A stretch of 64,000 nt of DNA. It comes from an uncultured bacterium (GTDB lineage Bacteria > Patescibacteriota > Minisyncoccia > UBA6257 > 2-01-FULL-56-20). Positions 50,848-59,519 of this stretch are shown here, in pieces. The stretch is taken from positions 296,306-360,305 of the forward strand of contig OY970126.1 in NCBI GenBank assembly GCA_963705915.1, read 5' to 3'. Under the pieces are notes generated by a model. The model ran no database searches. It was given only the letters and a program-made list of their open reading frames with translations, and was not told where the DNA came from. The translations under genes and the position numbers were made by a program. Every line of letters begins with the position of its first letter. Position 1 is the first letter of the stretch.

Positions 50848-51375
50848 TTAATGATTTTCCCTGCTTATAATTACTCGTGCTGGTCGAAGGACCTTTTCAT
50901 GCAGCCGATATCCTTGCTCAATCACTTCTACGATCGATCCGGCTGGTTTGTCTGACGGAATCTCTGAGAGGGCTTCTGCAACAGCCGGGTCAAACATATC
51001 ACCCTCCTTTATATCAATCTTCGTGAGTCCGCGCTTCTTTAATATATCTTCTATCTGCGTCCGGATGAGGTATACCCCTTTCTCGACGGGGCCATGGTTC
51101 TCGAGCGCCCGCAGGCCAAGATCAAAATTGTCAAGCACGGAGATCAAATCGCGGATGAGGTCCTGACTTCCATACTGCGCAACCTCTTCCAAATGTTTCA
51201 TCTCTTCCTTGCGATAGTTGATGAAGTCAGCTTTCGCCCGCTGCCATCCGGCGAGATATTCGTCCCGCTGTTTTAGGGTAGCGGCAAGTTTTTCTTCAAG
51301 GTCGCCGTTTGCGCCGCTTACATCATTTGTTTCCTTTGCCATGTTTTCCGCATTATTTTTTATTTCGTCGGCCAT
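50848..51375 (-). CDS. grpE: Nucleotide exchange factor GrpE
   Basis: WQRAKADFINYRK, FDP, GYRLHEKVLRPARV. Confidence 0.95.
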   Translation of the reverse strand: MADEIKNNAENMAKETNDVSGANGDLEEKLAATLKQRDEYLAGWQRAKADFINYRKEEMKHLEEVAQYGSQDLIRDLISVLDNFDLGLRALENHGPVEKGVYLIRTQIEDILKKRGLTKIDIKEGDMFDPAVAEALSEIPSDKPAGSIVEVIEQGYRLHEKVLRPARVIISRENH

Positions 51376-51384
51376 GGTTCGTGG

Positions 51385-52062
51385 TTATAAGTTTTTGAAA
51401 ATCCGAATTGTTTTTTTGTAATCCATCCGCTTTGGCCCAATTGCGAAAATCGAAATCGTCATGTCGCCCACGTGGTAATTGCCGCCGATCACAGAAAGAT
51501 TTTCACTTCTCGTGACTGGGCTTTTTTTACCAATGAACACGTTTGGCCCTTCACTCATCTTCGACGCAGCACGCGACACGCGCCCATCGACTTCTTCGAA
51601 ATCGTGGATCACAGACCGAATACCAGCATGGTCCTCCCAGTCGAGACGGCTTACGAGCTGTTCAAGACCCGCTTTCCAAACCATATCGTGTGCAAGATCG
51701 GCGGCGACGCCGAGGAGGCCGAGCTCCGACGAAAACCGCTCGAGCAAATCCGGCCACGCGCGCTCTTCGAGAAGTTCGCGCAGTGAATATTCGCGCGGAG
51801 CCGCTTCACGCGAATCGCGCGCCGCAGTCATCGCGCGCGTTGCAAAAAATTCATATCCCACGTCGGTCGGAATCCTGCCGGCTGAATGGTGCGGCTGCGC
51901 TAAAAATCCCTCTTCTTCAAGCGCATCAAGTTCCAGGCGAATCATCGCCGGTTTGATGCCGAAATCATAATTGTCATAAAGCCATCCGGAACTCACGGGC
52001 TCCCCCGTTGCAATAAATTCCTGGATGACTGCTTCTAAAATGTCCCCTTTGCGGTCGTTCAT
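51385..52062 (-). CDS. hrcA: Heat-inducible repressor HrcA (compact)
   Basis: TGEPVSS, PAMIR, QPHHSAGRIPTDVGY, IGPKRMDY. Confidence 0.9.
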   Translation of the reverse strand: MNDRKGDILEAVIQEFIATGEPVSSGWLYDNYDFGIKPAMIRLELDALEEEGFLAQPHHSAGRIPTDVGYEFFATRAMTAARDSREAAPREYSLRELLEERAWPDLLERFSSELGLLGVAADLAHDMVWKAGLEQLVSRLDWEDHAGIRSVIHDFEEVDGRVSRAASKMSEGPNVFIGKKSPVTRSENLSVIGGNYHVGDMTISIFAIGPKRMDYKKTIRIFKNL

Positions 52063-52081
52063 CAGAACTATTATACGCCCA

Positions 52082-52108
52082 TTAGCAATCCCGTCAAGAG
52101 AGTGCCAG
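52082..52108. promoter_or_regulatory. CIRCE operator
   Basis: TTAGCAATC-N9-GAGTGCCAG versus consensus TTAGCACTC-N9-GAGTGCTAA, just upstream of hrcA. Confidence 0.85.
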
Positions 52109-52146
52109 TGGGCAAATATCGCACTTTCTTATGCTAAAATAATCCT

Positions 52147-53028
52147 ATGGACATCAAAAAGGGAAAAGGCGTCCAGTGGATTGACATACACGGGCCAACG
52201 GAAAAAGAGCTACAGTGGCTCACGACGCAATACAACGTGCATCCGGTAATCATCGACGAACTTCGCGGCCCATCGGCGCGAGCGCGTGTTGAAGCGTACC
52301 AAGATTATCTCTACTTCATCTACTACTTCCCGCTCTACGATAAAGAAGACGGCGCCTCGATCCGTACGGAAATCGACTTCATCGTGACCGAAGACACCGT
52401 CATCACCGTGCACTATGAGCCGATGAAGGACGTCTACGATGGTTTTGAGGTGCGGCGGTTCTCATCGACGCTCGAGATCATGTACAACCTCGTTGAACAC
52501 CTCATCAACTTTGAAGAACGGCAACTACGCCACGTTCGGGAAAAAGTGGAGGCGGTGGGGAAAGAGATTTTCAAGGGCAATGAAATGGACATCCTCCAAC
52601 GCGTGACCTATGTGAAGCGGGATATTTCAGAATATCGCATCGTGATCCGACTCCAGGGACCCATTCTCAATTCACTCCTTACTAAAGGAAAAAAGTTTTG
52701 GGGCGGCGATTCTGAAGTCTATCTCAATGACTTGATCGGCGACCAGTTGAAAATTGTGAGCCAGCTTGAAGATTACCGCGACGCGATTTCGGATTTTGAG
52801 GATACAAACAACCAACTGATGAACCTCAAAATTAATAGCGTGATGAAGACATTCACATCGCTCTCATTCCTCACGTTTCCGTTCGTGCTCCTCGCCGCGA
52901 TCTTCAGCATGAACACGCGCGATACCCCCATCATCAATTTGCCTGGTGCCTTCTGGATTGTGATCGGCGTGATGGCGCTCGGCATGATTTCACTCGCAAC
53001 GTATTTCAAACGAAAAGGCTGGTTTTAG
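52147..53028 (+). CDS. corA: CorA-family Mg2+ transporter
   Basis: WIDI, INSVMKTFT, FSMN (GMN-like), KRKGWF end. Confidence 0.88.
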   Translation: MDIKKGKGVQWIDIHGPTEKELQWLTTQYNVHPVIIDELRGPSARARVEAYQDYLYFIYYFPLYDKEDGASIRTEIDFIVTEDTVITVHYEPMKDVYDGFEVRRFSSTLEIMYNLVEHLINFEERQLRHVREKVEAVGKEIFKGNEMDILQRVTYVKRDISEYRIVIRLQGPILNSLLTKGKKFWGGDSEVYLNDLIGDQLKIVSQLEDYRDAISDFEDTNNQLMNLKINSVMKTFTSLSFLTFPFVLLAAIFSMNTRDTPIINLPGAFWIVIGVMALGMISLATYFKRKGWF

Positions 53029-53041
53029 AAAATTTTAATGT

Positions 53042-54433
53042 ATGATCACAATCTACAATACGCTTTCAGGCCAGAAGGAAGCGCTGCCCGATCAGAAAAA
53101 GCTTAGGCTTTTTGTCTGCGGACCAACCGTCTACGACTATCTCCACATCGGGAACGCCCGAGGCTACATTTTTTTTGACTTCTTTGTGAAGTATCTCCGG
53201 TCAAAAGGGTACGATGTTTTCTATCTGCAAAATATCACGGACATTGACGACAAAATTATCCGCCGCGCAGCGGAAGAGCACGAGGCGCCAGCAAAACTCG
53301 CCAAACGATTCGCCGAAATTTATTTTGACGACATGAAAAAGCTCGGCGTGACAGCGGTCACCACGTACGCCGGGGCAACTGATTTCATCACCCAAATTGC
53401 AGCGCAGGTTGAGCGCCTCATTGAACGAGGTTATGCATACAAAATTGACGGCGACGGCTGGTATTTTGATATTGCAAAATTCCCGACCTACGGAGCGCTA
53501 TCGCATCGGACCGCGCTTGACGCAGAAGATTCCGTAAGTCGCATCGACGATTCCGTTGGTAAAAAAAATAAAGGTGATTTTTGTCTTTGGAAATTCACGT
53601 CGAAAGATAGGTATGAGAACGAGCCGTCGTGGAATACTGCCGTTGGCGAAGGACGCCCGGGATGGCACATCGAAGACACGGCCATCTCGGAATATTATTT
53701 CGGCCCGCAATACGACCTCCATGGCGGCGGCATCGATTTGAAATTCCCCCATCACGAAGCAGAAATCGCACAGCAAGAAGCGGCATCGGGCCGCAAACCA
53801 TTTGTCCGACAATGGATGCATTGGGGAACCTTGCTTGTCGAAGGGAAAAAAATGTCGAAGAGCTTGGGGAATTTTATTACCATCCGTGATTTTCTCGCCA
53901 ATTACGAGCCGGTTGTGTTGCGATGGATCACCTTTACTCACCACTATCGTTCACCTATCGACTATTCTTCAAAGCTCGCCGATCAAGCGAAAGCTGCCAT
54001 GAATACGCTCGGGGCTTTCATGGCAAAACTCGACCTCGCAGACGGCCCAGGCACCGGCGGCAAAACCGATCCGACGGAAATTATCAAAAAAATATCATTA
54101 AAATTTGACGAAGCATTGGCGGACGACGCGAACACCCCGCTCGCGATCGCTGCCCTCTTTGAACTAACCGCCCAATTCCAGCCGGTTGTTTGGACCATCA
54201 AGAGGTCCGAGGCAAAAAATATTAAAAAAATATTAACGTCTTCGCTCGAACTTTTCGGTATTTCATTAAAAAACCCTAAAATCCCGGCCGACGTGATGAA
54301 AATGGCCAAGGAACGGGAGCAATACCGAGTTAATAAACAATTTATGCAGTCCGACGACTTGCGAAAGAAAATTGAAAGCGTAGGATTTGAAATTGAAGAT
54401 ACTCCACGGGGCCCATTCCTCTGGCCGCACTAA
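53042..54433 (+). CDS. cysS: Cysteine--tRNA ligase
   Basis: CGPTVY, HIGN, PGWHIE, FPHHE, KMSKS. Confidence 0.96.
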   Translation: MITIYNTLSGQKEALPDQKKLRLFVCGPTVYDYLHIGNARGYIFFDFFVKYLRSKGYDVFYLQNITDIDDKIIRRAAEEHEAPAKLAKRFAEIYFDDMKKLGVTAVTTYAGATDFITQIAAQVERLIERGYAYKIDGDGWYFDIAKFPTYGALSHRTALDAEDSVSRIDDSVGKKNKGDFCLWKFTSKDRYENEPSWNTAVGEGRPGWHIEDTAISEYYFGPQYDLHGGGIDLKFPHHEAEIAQQEAASGRKPFVRQWMHWGTLLVEGKKMSKSLGNFITIRDFLANYEPVVLRWITFTHHYRSPIDYSSKLADQAKAAMNTLGAFMAKLDLADGPGTGGKTDPTEIIKKISLKFDEALADDANTPLAIAALFELTAQFQPVVWTIKRSEAKNIKKILTSSLELFGISLKNPKIPADVMKMAKEREQYRVNKQFMQSDDLRKKIESVGFEIEDTPRGPFLWPH

Positions 54434-54453
54434 TATCGTTCCGCGTTAACCCC

Positions 54454-55815
54454 ATGCCCTCCAAAAAATCCGATCTTAAACTTCCGCCCCAGAATCTCGA
54501 GGCGGAGCAAAATGTGCTGGGCAGCCTTCTTATCGACAAGAACGCCATTTTTCGTGTCGCCGACCTTCTCGTGTCGGATGATTTCTATGCGCCAGCGCAT
54601 GCAAGGATTTATGATGCCATTTTGCACCTCTACGAGAAACGACAACCAATCGACGTCCTTTCACTCACAACCTACCTCAAAGACCAGGAGCTCCTGAAGG
54701 ATGTTGGCGGGTCAAGCTACCTCGCAGAACTCACGAACCAAGTGACAACGGCATCCCACGTGGCGCACTATGCAGGCATCGTCCGAGAAAAGAAAGTGCG
54801 GCGCGACCTCATCAAGGCTTCTGCTGAAATGGCAGAGAGTGCGTTCGAGAACGGACAGGAAATCGACGACCTTCTCGACGACAACGAACAAAAAATTCTT
54901 GCGATCTCACAGCATTCACTCCCGCAAAACTTCGTAGCCCTCAAAGACGATCTCGTCACAGCGTACGAACGTATCGCGACGCTCCACACCGGCGGCGGCA
55001 AGCTGCGCGGCGTGCCAACCGGATTCCATGAGCTTGACGAGACGCTTTCCGGTTTACAAAAGTCTGAACTCATCATCGTGGGCGCCAGGCCGTCTGTTGG
55101 AAAAACATCGCTCGCCCTCGACATCGGACGCAACTGCGCAAAAGCCGGACACACCGTCGGTATTTTTTCCCTTGAAATGTCCCGCGAACAATTACAGGAC
55201 CGCATCATTGCCGCCGAGTCACAGGTACCGCTCTGGCACATCCTCACCGGACGCATAACCAGCGAGAGCGAATTTCCGATGATTCAGGACGCGCTCGACC
55301 GGCTCTCGCAGATAAAACTGTTTATCGACGATTCCCCTTCGCTCAACGTCCTGCAGATGCGCTCGATGGCGCGGCGGTTGCAGGTTGAACACGGCCTCGA
55401 CCTCCTCATCATTGACTACCTCCAGCTGATCCGGCCGCGGGTGAACTTTGAAAGTATGGTTCAGCAGGTCACCGAGATTTCGCGGGGCTTGAAAGCGCTC
55501 GCCCGCGAGCTTAAAATCCCCGTCGTCGCCCTTTCCCAGCTCTCCCGCGGCGTTGAACAACGTGATCACAAAGTTCCCCGCCTCTCGGACCTCCGCGAAT
55601 CAGGATCTATTGAACAAGACGCCGACATCGTGATGTTTATTTGGCGCGACGAACATAATCCAAACGATACCGCGAGCGAATCCGACAACGTCGTTCATCT
55701 TCGTATCGCCAAACACCGCAACGGTCCATTGCGCGATATCGACTTCTTCTTCGACGCCGAACGCGCGAGCTTCAAGGTTTTGGAAAAACGCTACAGCGAA
55801 TTGCCCCCGTTATGA
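54454..55815 (+). CDS. dnaB: Replicative DNA helicase
   Basis: PPQNLEAEQ, ARPSVGKT, IDYLQL, SDLRESGSIEQDAD. Confidence 0.97.
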   Translation: MPSKKSDLKLPPQNLEAEQNVLGSLLIDKNAIFRVADLLVSDDFYAPAHARIYDAILHLYEKRQPIDVLSLTTYLKDQELLKDVGGSSYLAELTNQVTTASHVAHYAGIVREKKVRRDLIKASAEMAESAFENGQEIDDLLDDNEQKILAISQHSLPQNFVALKDDLVTAYERIATLHTGGGKLRGVPTGFHELDETLSGLQKSELIIVGARPSVGKTSLALDIGRNCAKAGHTVGIFSLEMSREQLQDRIIAAESQVPLWHILTGRITSESEFPMIQDALDRLSQIKLFIDDSPSLNVLQMRSMARRLQVEHGLDLLIIDYLQLIRPRVNFESMVQQVTEISRGLKALARELKIPVVALSQLSRGVEQRDHKVPRLSDLRESGSIEQDADIVMFIWRDEHNPNDTASESDNVVHLRIAKHRNGPLRDIDFFFDAERASFKVLEKRYSELPPL

Positions 55816-56414
55816 AGTTGCCATCTCCCGTCCAGCGCGTGATCGAAGAACTTTCGAAGCTTCCTTCGATTGGTCCGCGTCAATCAGTTCGTCTCGCATT
55901 CCATCTCATTGGAGAGAATAAAGGCGAGCTCAAATCGTTCGCCGAAGCGATCGACGGTTTACGCAGTATTAAAATCTGTGAGCGATGTTTTTTTATCCAC
56001 CAGAACGATGACACGCTTTGCGACATCTGCAGAAATCCAAACCGAAAGCAGAATATCATTATGGTGATTGAAAAAGAAACGGACCTCATTTCACTCGAAG
56101 ACACTAAAAAATTTATCGGCCGTTATTGTATTGTTGGCCCGATCGCAAAAACGGGCTTTCTCGAACCGTGGCAAAAACTTCGCCTTCAAAGCTTGAAATC
56201 GTTTATAGAGAAAAATCTTGACGGGCAAGCAGACGAGATTATCTTGGCATTCAACCCAACGTCGCTCGGCGATTTTCAAGCATCGCTTCTCATGAAAGAA
56301 CTTGGCCCGCTGGCAAAAAAAATAAGCCGCTTGGGGCGCGGCTTACCAACGGGCGGCGAGATCGAGTTTGCCGACGACGAGACGCTCGGCAGCGCACTCG
56401 AACGGCGGAGCTAA
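55812..56414 (+). CDS. recR: Recombination mediator RecR
   Basis: LPSIGPR HhH, C4 zinc finger, Toprim, GLPTGGEIEFAD. Confidence 0.93.
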   Translation: MKLPSPVQRVIEELSKLPSIGPRQSVRLAFHLIGENKGELKSFAEAIDGLRSIKICERCFFIHQNDDTLCDICRNPNRKQNIIMVIEKETDLISLEDTKKFIGRYCIVGPIAKTGFLEPWQKLRLQSLKSFIEKNLDGQADEIILAFNPTSLGDFQASLLMKELGPLAKKISRLGRGLPTGGEIEFADDETLGSALERRS

Positions 56415-56569
56415 CTTTTCGGCGGCGGCGATGATGCGGACCCTTCCTTCTCGAGGGGCTTATCGGGCGGGCTTTCCATTTTCTGCTTCAGGCGAGCCCT
56501 GAGCTTTCTCAGTTTGTTCTCTTCACTATTCGATTCGTTCTGTCTCGGCGTGTGAAATTCAGCGCCCAT
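56411..56569 (-). CDS. Small hypothetical protein (52 aa)
   Basis: Manual translation MGAEFHTPRQNESNSEENKLRKLRARLKQKMESPPDKPLEKEGSASSPPPKS, with an AAGGAG RBS upstream. Confidence 0.45.
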   Translation of the reverse strand: MGAEFHTPRQNESNSEENKLRKLRARLKQKMESPPDKPLEKEGSASSPPPKS

Positions 56570-56628
56570 CGCAAAGGCTCCTTTTTAACGCTAGCGAATG
56601 ACGTGCTTTCCTGAGAGACACTATACCC

Positions 56629-57660
56629 TTAACCGTGCCGAACTTCAAGGACGTCGCCGTCTTGGACGACGTAGTCTTTTCCTTCAACGCGAAGCCACCC
56701 CTTTTGCTTCGCGGCAGCCCAGTTCCCCGCAATGAGCAGCTTATCACACGCAACGACTTCAAGACGAATAAACTTTTTCTCAAAATCGGTATGAATGACA
56801 CCCGCTGCTTGCGGCGCCTTCGTTCCCTGCTCAATCGTCCATGCACGTGTCTCATCCTCGCCCGTCGTGAAGAAACTGATGAGGTTCAGCGTGGCATAGG
56901 CTTCGCGTACGAGCTCGGGAACTGATTGCGCCGACGAGAGGTCAATTACAATATGATGCGCGCCAAGCGACGCGAGCTTCTCGGTGAGCGCCTGCGGCAC
57001 GTCGGCCGGTGTTCCATTTAAAAGATAAATCTGCCGCTTGAGGGTGAGAAGGTTCACATCCTTCAGTCGTCCGGTAGTTGCAATCTCGTGCGCAATTTCG
57101 TTTGCGAGCGCGACGTCGGCAACCGGCAGTCGGCCGGCCTCAAGGCACGCCTTCAATCGTCCAAGCAATTCTTTGTCCTGTATCGCTTCTTTTTTTCCTG
57201 TGCGCGCTTCGGCTTCGGCCTTCGCAAATCGTTTTTCGACAAGCTCGAGGTCCTTCAAAATCAATTCCGCGTTGATAATCTCGAGGTCGCGCAACGGATC
57301 GACAGAATTTTCAACGTGGATAATTTCCGGATTCTGGAAGACGCGCAAAACGACCACGATCGCTTGCGTCTCCTTGATGTGGCCAAGAAATTGATTGCCG
57401 AGGCCTTCACCCTTATTGGCACCCTTCACGAGCCCTGCAATATCATAGAATTCAACAACCGCCGGGATTTTTTTCTTGGACTTGCTCATCAGAGCCAGCT
57501 TCTCGCCCCGGTCGTCGGGAACGGAAACAATGCCAACATTTGGATCAATCGTGGCAAAAGGATAATTTGCGATCGTAATATCCTGCTTGGTGAGAATTTT
57601 AAAAAGCGTTGATTTGCCAACGTTGGGGAGACCGACGATGCCAAGAGAAATTTTTGCCAT
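56629..57660 (-). CDS. ychF: Redox-regulated ATPase YchF
   Basis: GLPNVGKST, NYPFATIDPN, DIAGLVKGA, TGS domain. Confidence 0.96.
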   Translation of the reverse strand: MAKISLGIVGLPNVGKSTLFKILTKQDITIANYPFATIDPNVGIVSVPDDRGEKLALMSKSKKKIPAVVEFYDIAGLVKGANKGEGLGNQFLGHIKETQAIVVVLRVFQNPEIIHVENSVDPLRDLEIINAELILKDLELVEKRFAKAEAEARTGKKEAIQDKELLGRLKACLEAGRLPVADVALANEIAHEIATTGRLKDVNLLTLKRQIYLLNGTPADVPQALTEKLASLGAHHIVIDLSSAQSVPELVREAYATLNLISFFTTGEDETRAWTIEQGTKAPQAAGVIHTDFEKKFIRLEVVACDKLLIAGNWAAAKQKGWLRVEGKDYVVQDGDVLEVRHG

Positions 57661-57670
57661 ATGGGTTGAA

Positions 57671-58651
57671 CTATATTACATCTTCATCAAAATTCAAAGT
57701 TAAAATCTCAGCGGCAATCTTTTTTGCATTCCCGTGTTTCAACATGCTGAGATATGATGTCACGCGTCCAGGTTTTGGATATTCTCCAATTCGCTTGAGC
57801 GCACGTCGTTTTGTTGCTGGGCGAAGCACTCTGTGATCGGGAAAACAAACCCAACCAAGAAAATCCACCCCCGACGCCCATGTCTTAATAGACACTTTGC
57901 GTGGATGCAGTGATAGCTTCAATGCCCGATCCAGAAAATCCGCGATATGTGGCATAAGGGCCTCGAGTTCAGTTTTGTCATCACCGAGGAACACGAAGTC
58001 GTCGGCGTAGCGAATATAATATTTCTTACGCAAATCATGCTTCACGTATCGATCAAACTCATTCACGTAAACGTTCACCAAAAGTTGCGATGTCAGATTG
58101 CCGAGGGGCAATCCCCGCTTTGGACTGCTTTCAAAACTATCGATCACTTTTCCGAGAAGCCACAGCGTACCCCTTTCGGGAATATGCCTCTCGATTACTT
58201 GCATCAATGACGAATGATCAACTGATGCGAAAAATTTTCGTATGTCGCATTTTAGAACCCAACACGTTCGAGTATTATTTTTTGACACCTTGCGAGCAAA
58301 ATCATAAAAGCGCCGCACGGCGCGATGGACACCCTTATTGTTACGGCAAGAATAGATATCGTGTACGAATTTCTTATCAAAATGTGGATATAGGATGCGA
58401 TAGATAGCGTGATGAAGGACTCTATCGCGAACGGTAGCTTTGTGGATGCTGCGTGGCTTTGGATCGCTGATGCCGAAAGCGTGATAAGCCCCGTGCTCGT
58501 AGATTTTATTTTTCAGGTCTTCGTGGAGTGCATATAAATTACTGGAAAGGTTGAGCGAAAACTCCGCCACGTCTTTCTTGGCCTTTTTGCCGCGCACGAA
58601 TTCCTGCCAAGCGGCACAGAGGTTTTCAAATGATATAATAGTTTCAAACAT
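57671..58651 (-). CDS. DGR reverse transcriptase
   Basis: KPRSI, RDRVLHHA, CDIRKFF, GLPLGNLTSQ (DGR-type SQ), RYADD, DFLG; start at MFETII. Confidence 0.95.
   Translation of the reverse strand: MFETIISFENLCAAWQEFVRGKKAKKDVAEFSLNLSSNLYALHEDLKNKIYEHGAYHAFGISDPKPRSIHKATVRDRVLHHAIYRILYPHFDKKFVHDIYSCRNNKGVHRAVRRFYDFARKVSKNNTRTCWVLKCDIRKFFASVDHSSLMQVIERHIPERGTLWLLGKVIDSFESSPKRGLPLGNLTSQLLVNVYVNEFDRYVKHDLRKKYYIRYADDFVFLGDDKTELEALMPHIADFLDRALKLSLHPRKVSIKTWASGVDFLGWVCFPDHRVLRPATKRRALKRIGEYPKPGRVTSYLSMLKHGNAKKIAAEILTLNFDEDVI
58631..58639 (+). promoter_or_regulatory. Extended -10 promoter for avd, inside the RT 5' end
   Basis: TGATATAAT (TGn-TATAAT) about 29 nt upstream of the avd ATG. Confidence 0.55.
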
Positions 58652-58667
58652 ATGAACGCAGGAAAAA

Positions 58668-59063
58668 ATGACAAGAATAGGGGGGGGGCAAATTTTACCA
58701 TCAACTCTCGTCAAGCTCAAAACCGCCTATAAGAATTGGCTCGCACTTTTCCATCATTTTCCAAAAGTGGAACGTTTCGGTGTCGGTCAGAAAATCGAGC
58801 GATCGTTTCTTGATGCACTTGAACTGATTTTTTTGTCGGGCTTTGCGCCCACCGAACAGAAACTCCCAATCCTGACAAAAGCAGTGACGCGGCTGGATGT
58901 TTTGAAATTCTTTTTGCAGATCGCTTGGGAAAATAAACTGCTTACAACCGAGCACTATTCCACTTTGCTCGCCAATATCGAGGAGGTCGGCAGAATGCTC
59001 TATGGCTGGAAAAGGGGCCTTGAAAGTAAAACTCCCGCGAGAAAAGCGGGAGAACCACAGTAG
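58668..59063 (+). CDS. avd: DGR accessory protein Avd (four-helix bundle)
   Basis: FPKVERFGVGQKI...LDVLKFFLQIA...EVGRMLYGW, typical of Avd/23S-IVP bundles; lies between RT and TR. Confidence 0.88.
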   Translation: MTRIGGGQILPSTLVKLKTAYKNWLALFHHFPKVERFGVGQKIERSFLDALELIFLSGFAPTEQKLPILTKAVTRLDVLKFFLQIAWENKLLTTEHYSTLLANIEEVGRMLYGWKRGLESKTPARKAGEPQ

Positions 59064-59171
59064 TTGCGAGAGAAGACGGGGTTGTCGTCGTTCCACCTGT
59101 TGTCGTCCAAGGCGTTGCATTCGCGTTCCAGCCGTCGTCGTTCCAGTTGACGTTGACCGTGCGAAGCACGC
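59058..59171 (-). repeat. DGR template repeat (TR)
   Basis: AAC-rich copy of the VR (..ACG GTC AAC GTC AAC TGG AAC GAC GAC GGC TGG AAC GCG AAT..). Confidence 0.93.
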
Positions 59172-59437
59172 ACCACTCTCGTATATGCACCCATCCGTGC
59201 CACCACCCCTCGACGCATCTTGAGGTTGTATCGTATTCGGGACGTAGAAGTCCACCGAGTACATATACCAATTCCTGTTATATTTTTGGAAATGAGTTCC
59301 TGCACTCCCGCGCAAGACGTGTCCGACGCAGCTCTCGCAAAGAACCATCTCAAAGTCGTGACGAAAAAGCCATAGCCGTTCCGTATCGCACGATTTCAAA
59401 TTCAGTATAACAATTTATGTAAAGTATAAAAAATAAT

Positions 59438-59470
59438 GACCCCTCCTGCGTTGCTTTGCAGAAAGGGGTC
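59438..59470 (-). terminator. Putative intrinsic terminator after the DGR target gene
   Basis: GACCCCTTTCTGC...GCAGGAGGGGTC followed by ATTATTTTTT on the minus strand. Confidence 0.55.
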
Positions 59471-59488
59471 AAGGTGTCGAGGTTCCAA

Positions 59489-59505
59489 GGGGTCATTGAG
59501 ACCCC
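59489..59505. other. GC-rich hairpin/cruciform downstream of the VR (candidate DGR homing structure)
   Basis: GGGGTC-N5-GACCCC, about 15 nt after the target stop codon. Confidence 0.65.
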
Positions 59506-59519
59506 AGGGTTCCTAGTTG

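Noticed and set aside
58701-59399. ORFs overlapping TR and avd (232, 117 and 109 aa)
   Set aside because: Antisense or TR-derived frames; their similarity to the target C-terminus simply reflects the TR.
59463-59494. Degenerate 8-bp tandem repeats (aaggggtc/aaggtgtc/gaggttcc/aaggggtc)
   Set aside because: Too short and degenerate, and largely explained by the terminator and post-VR hairpin arms.
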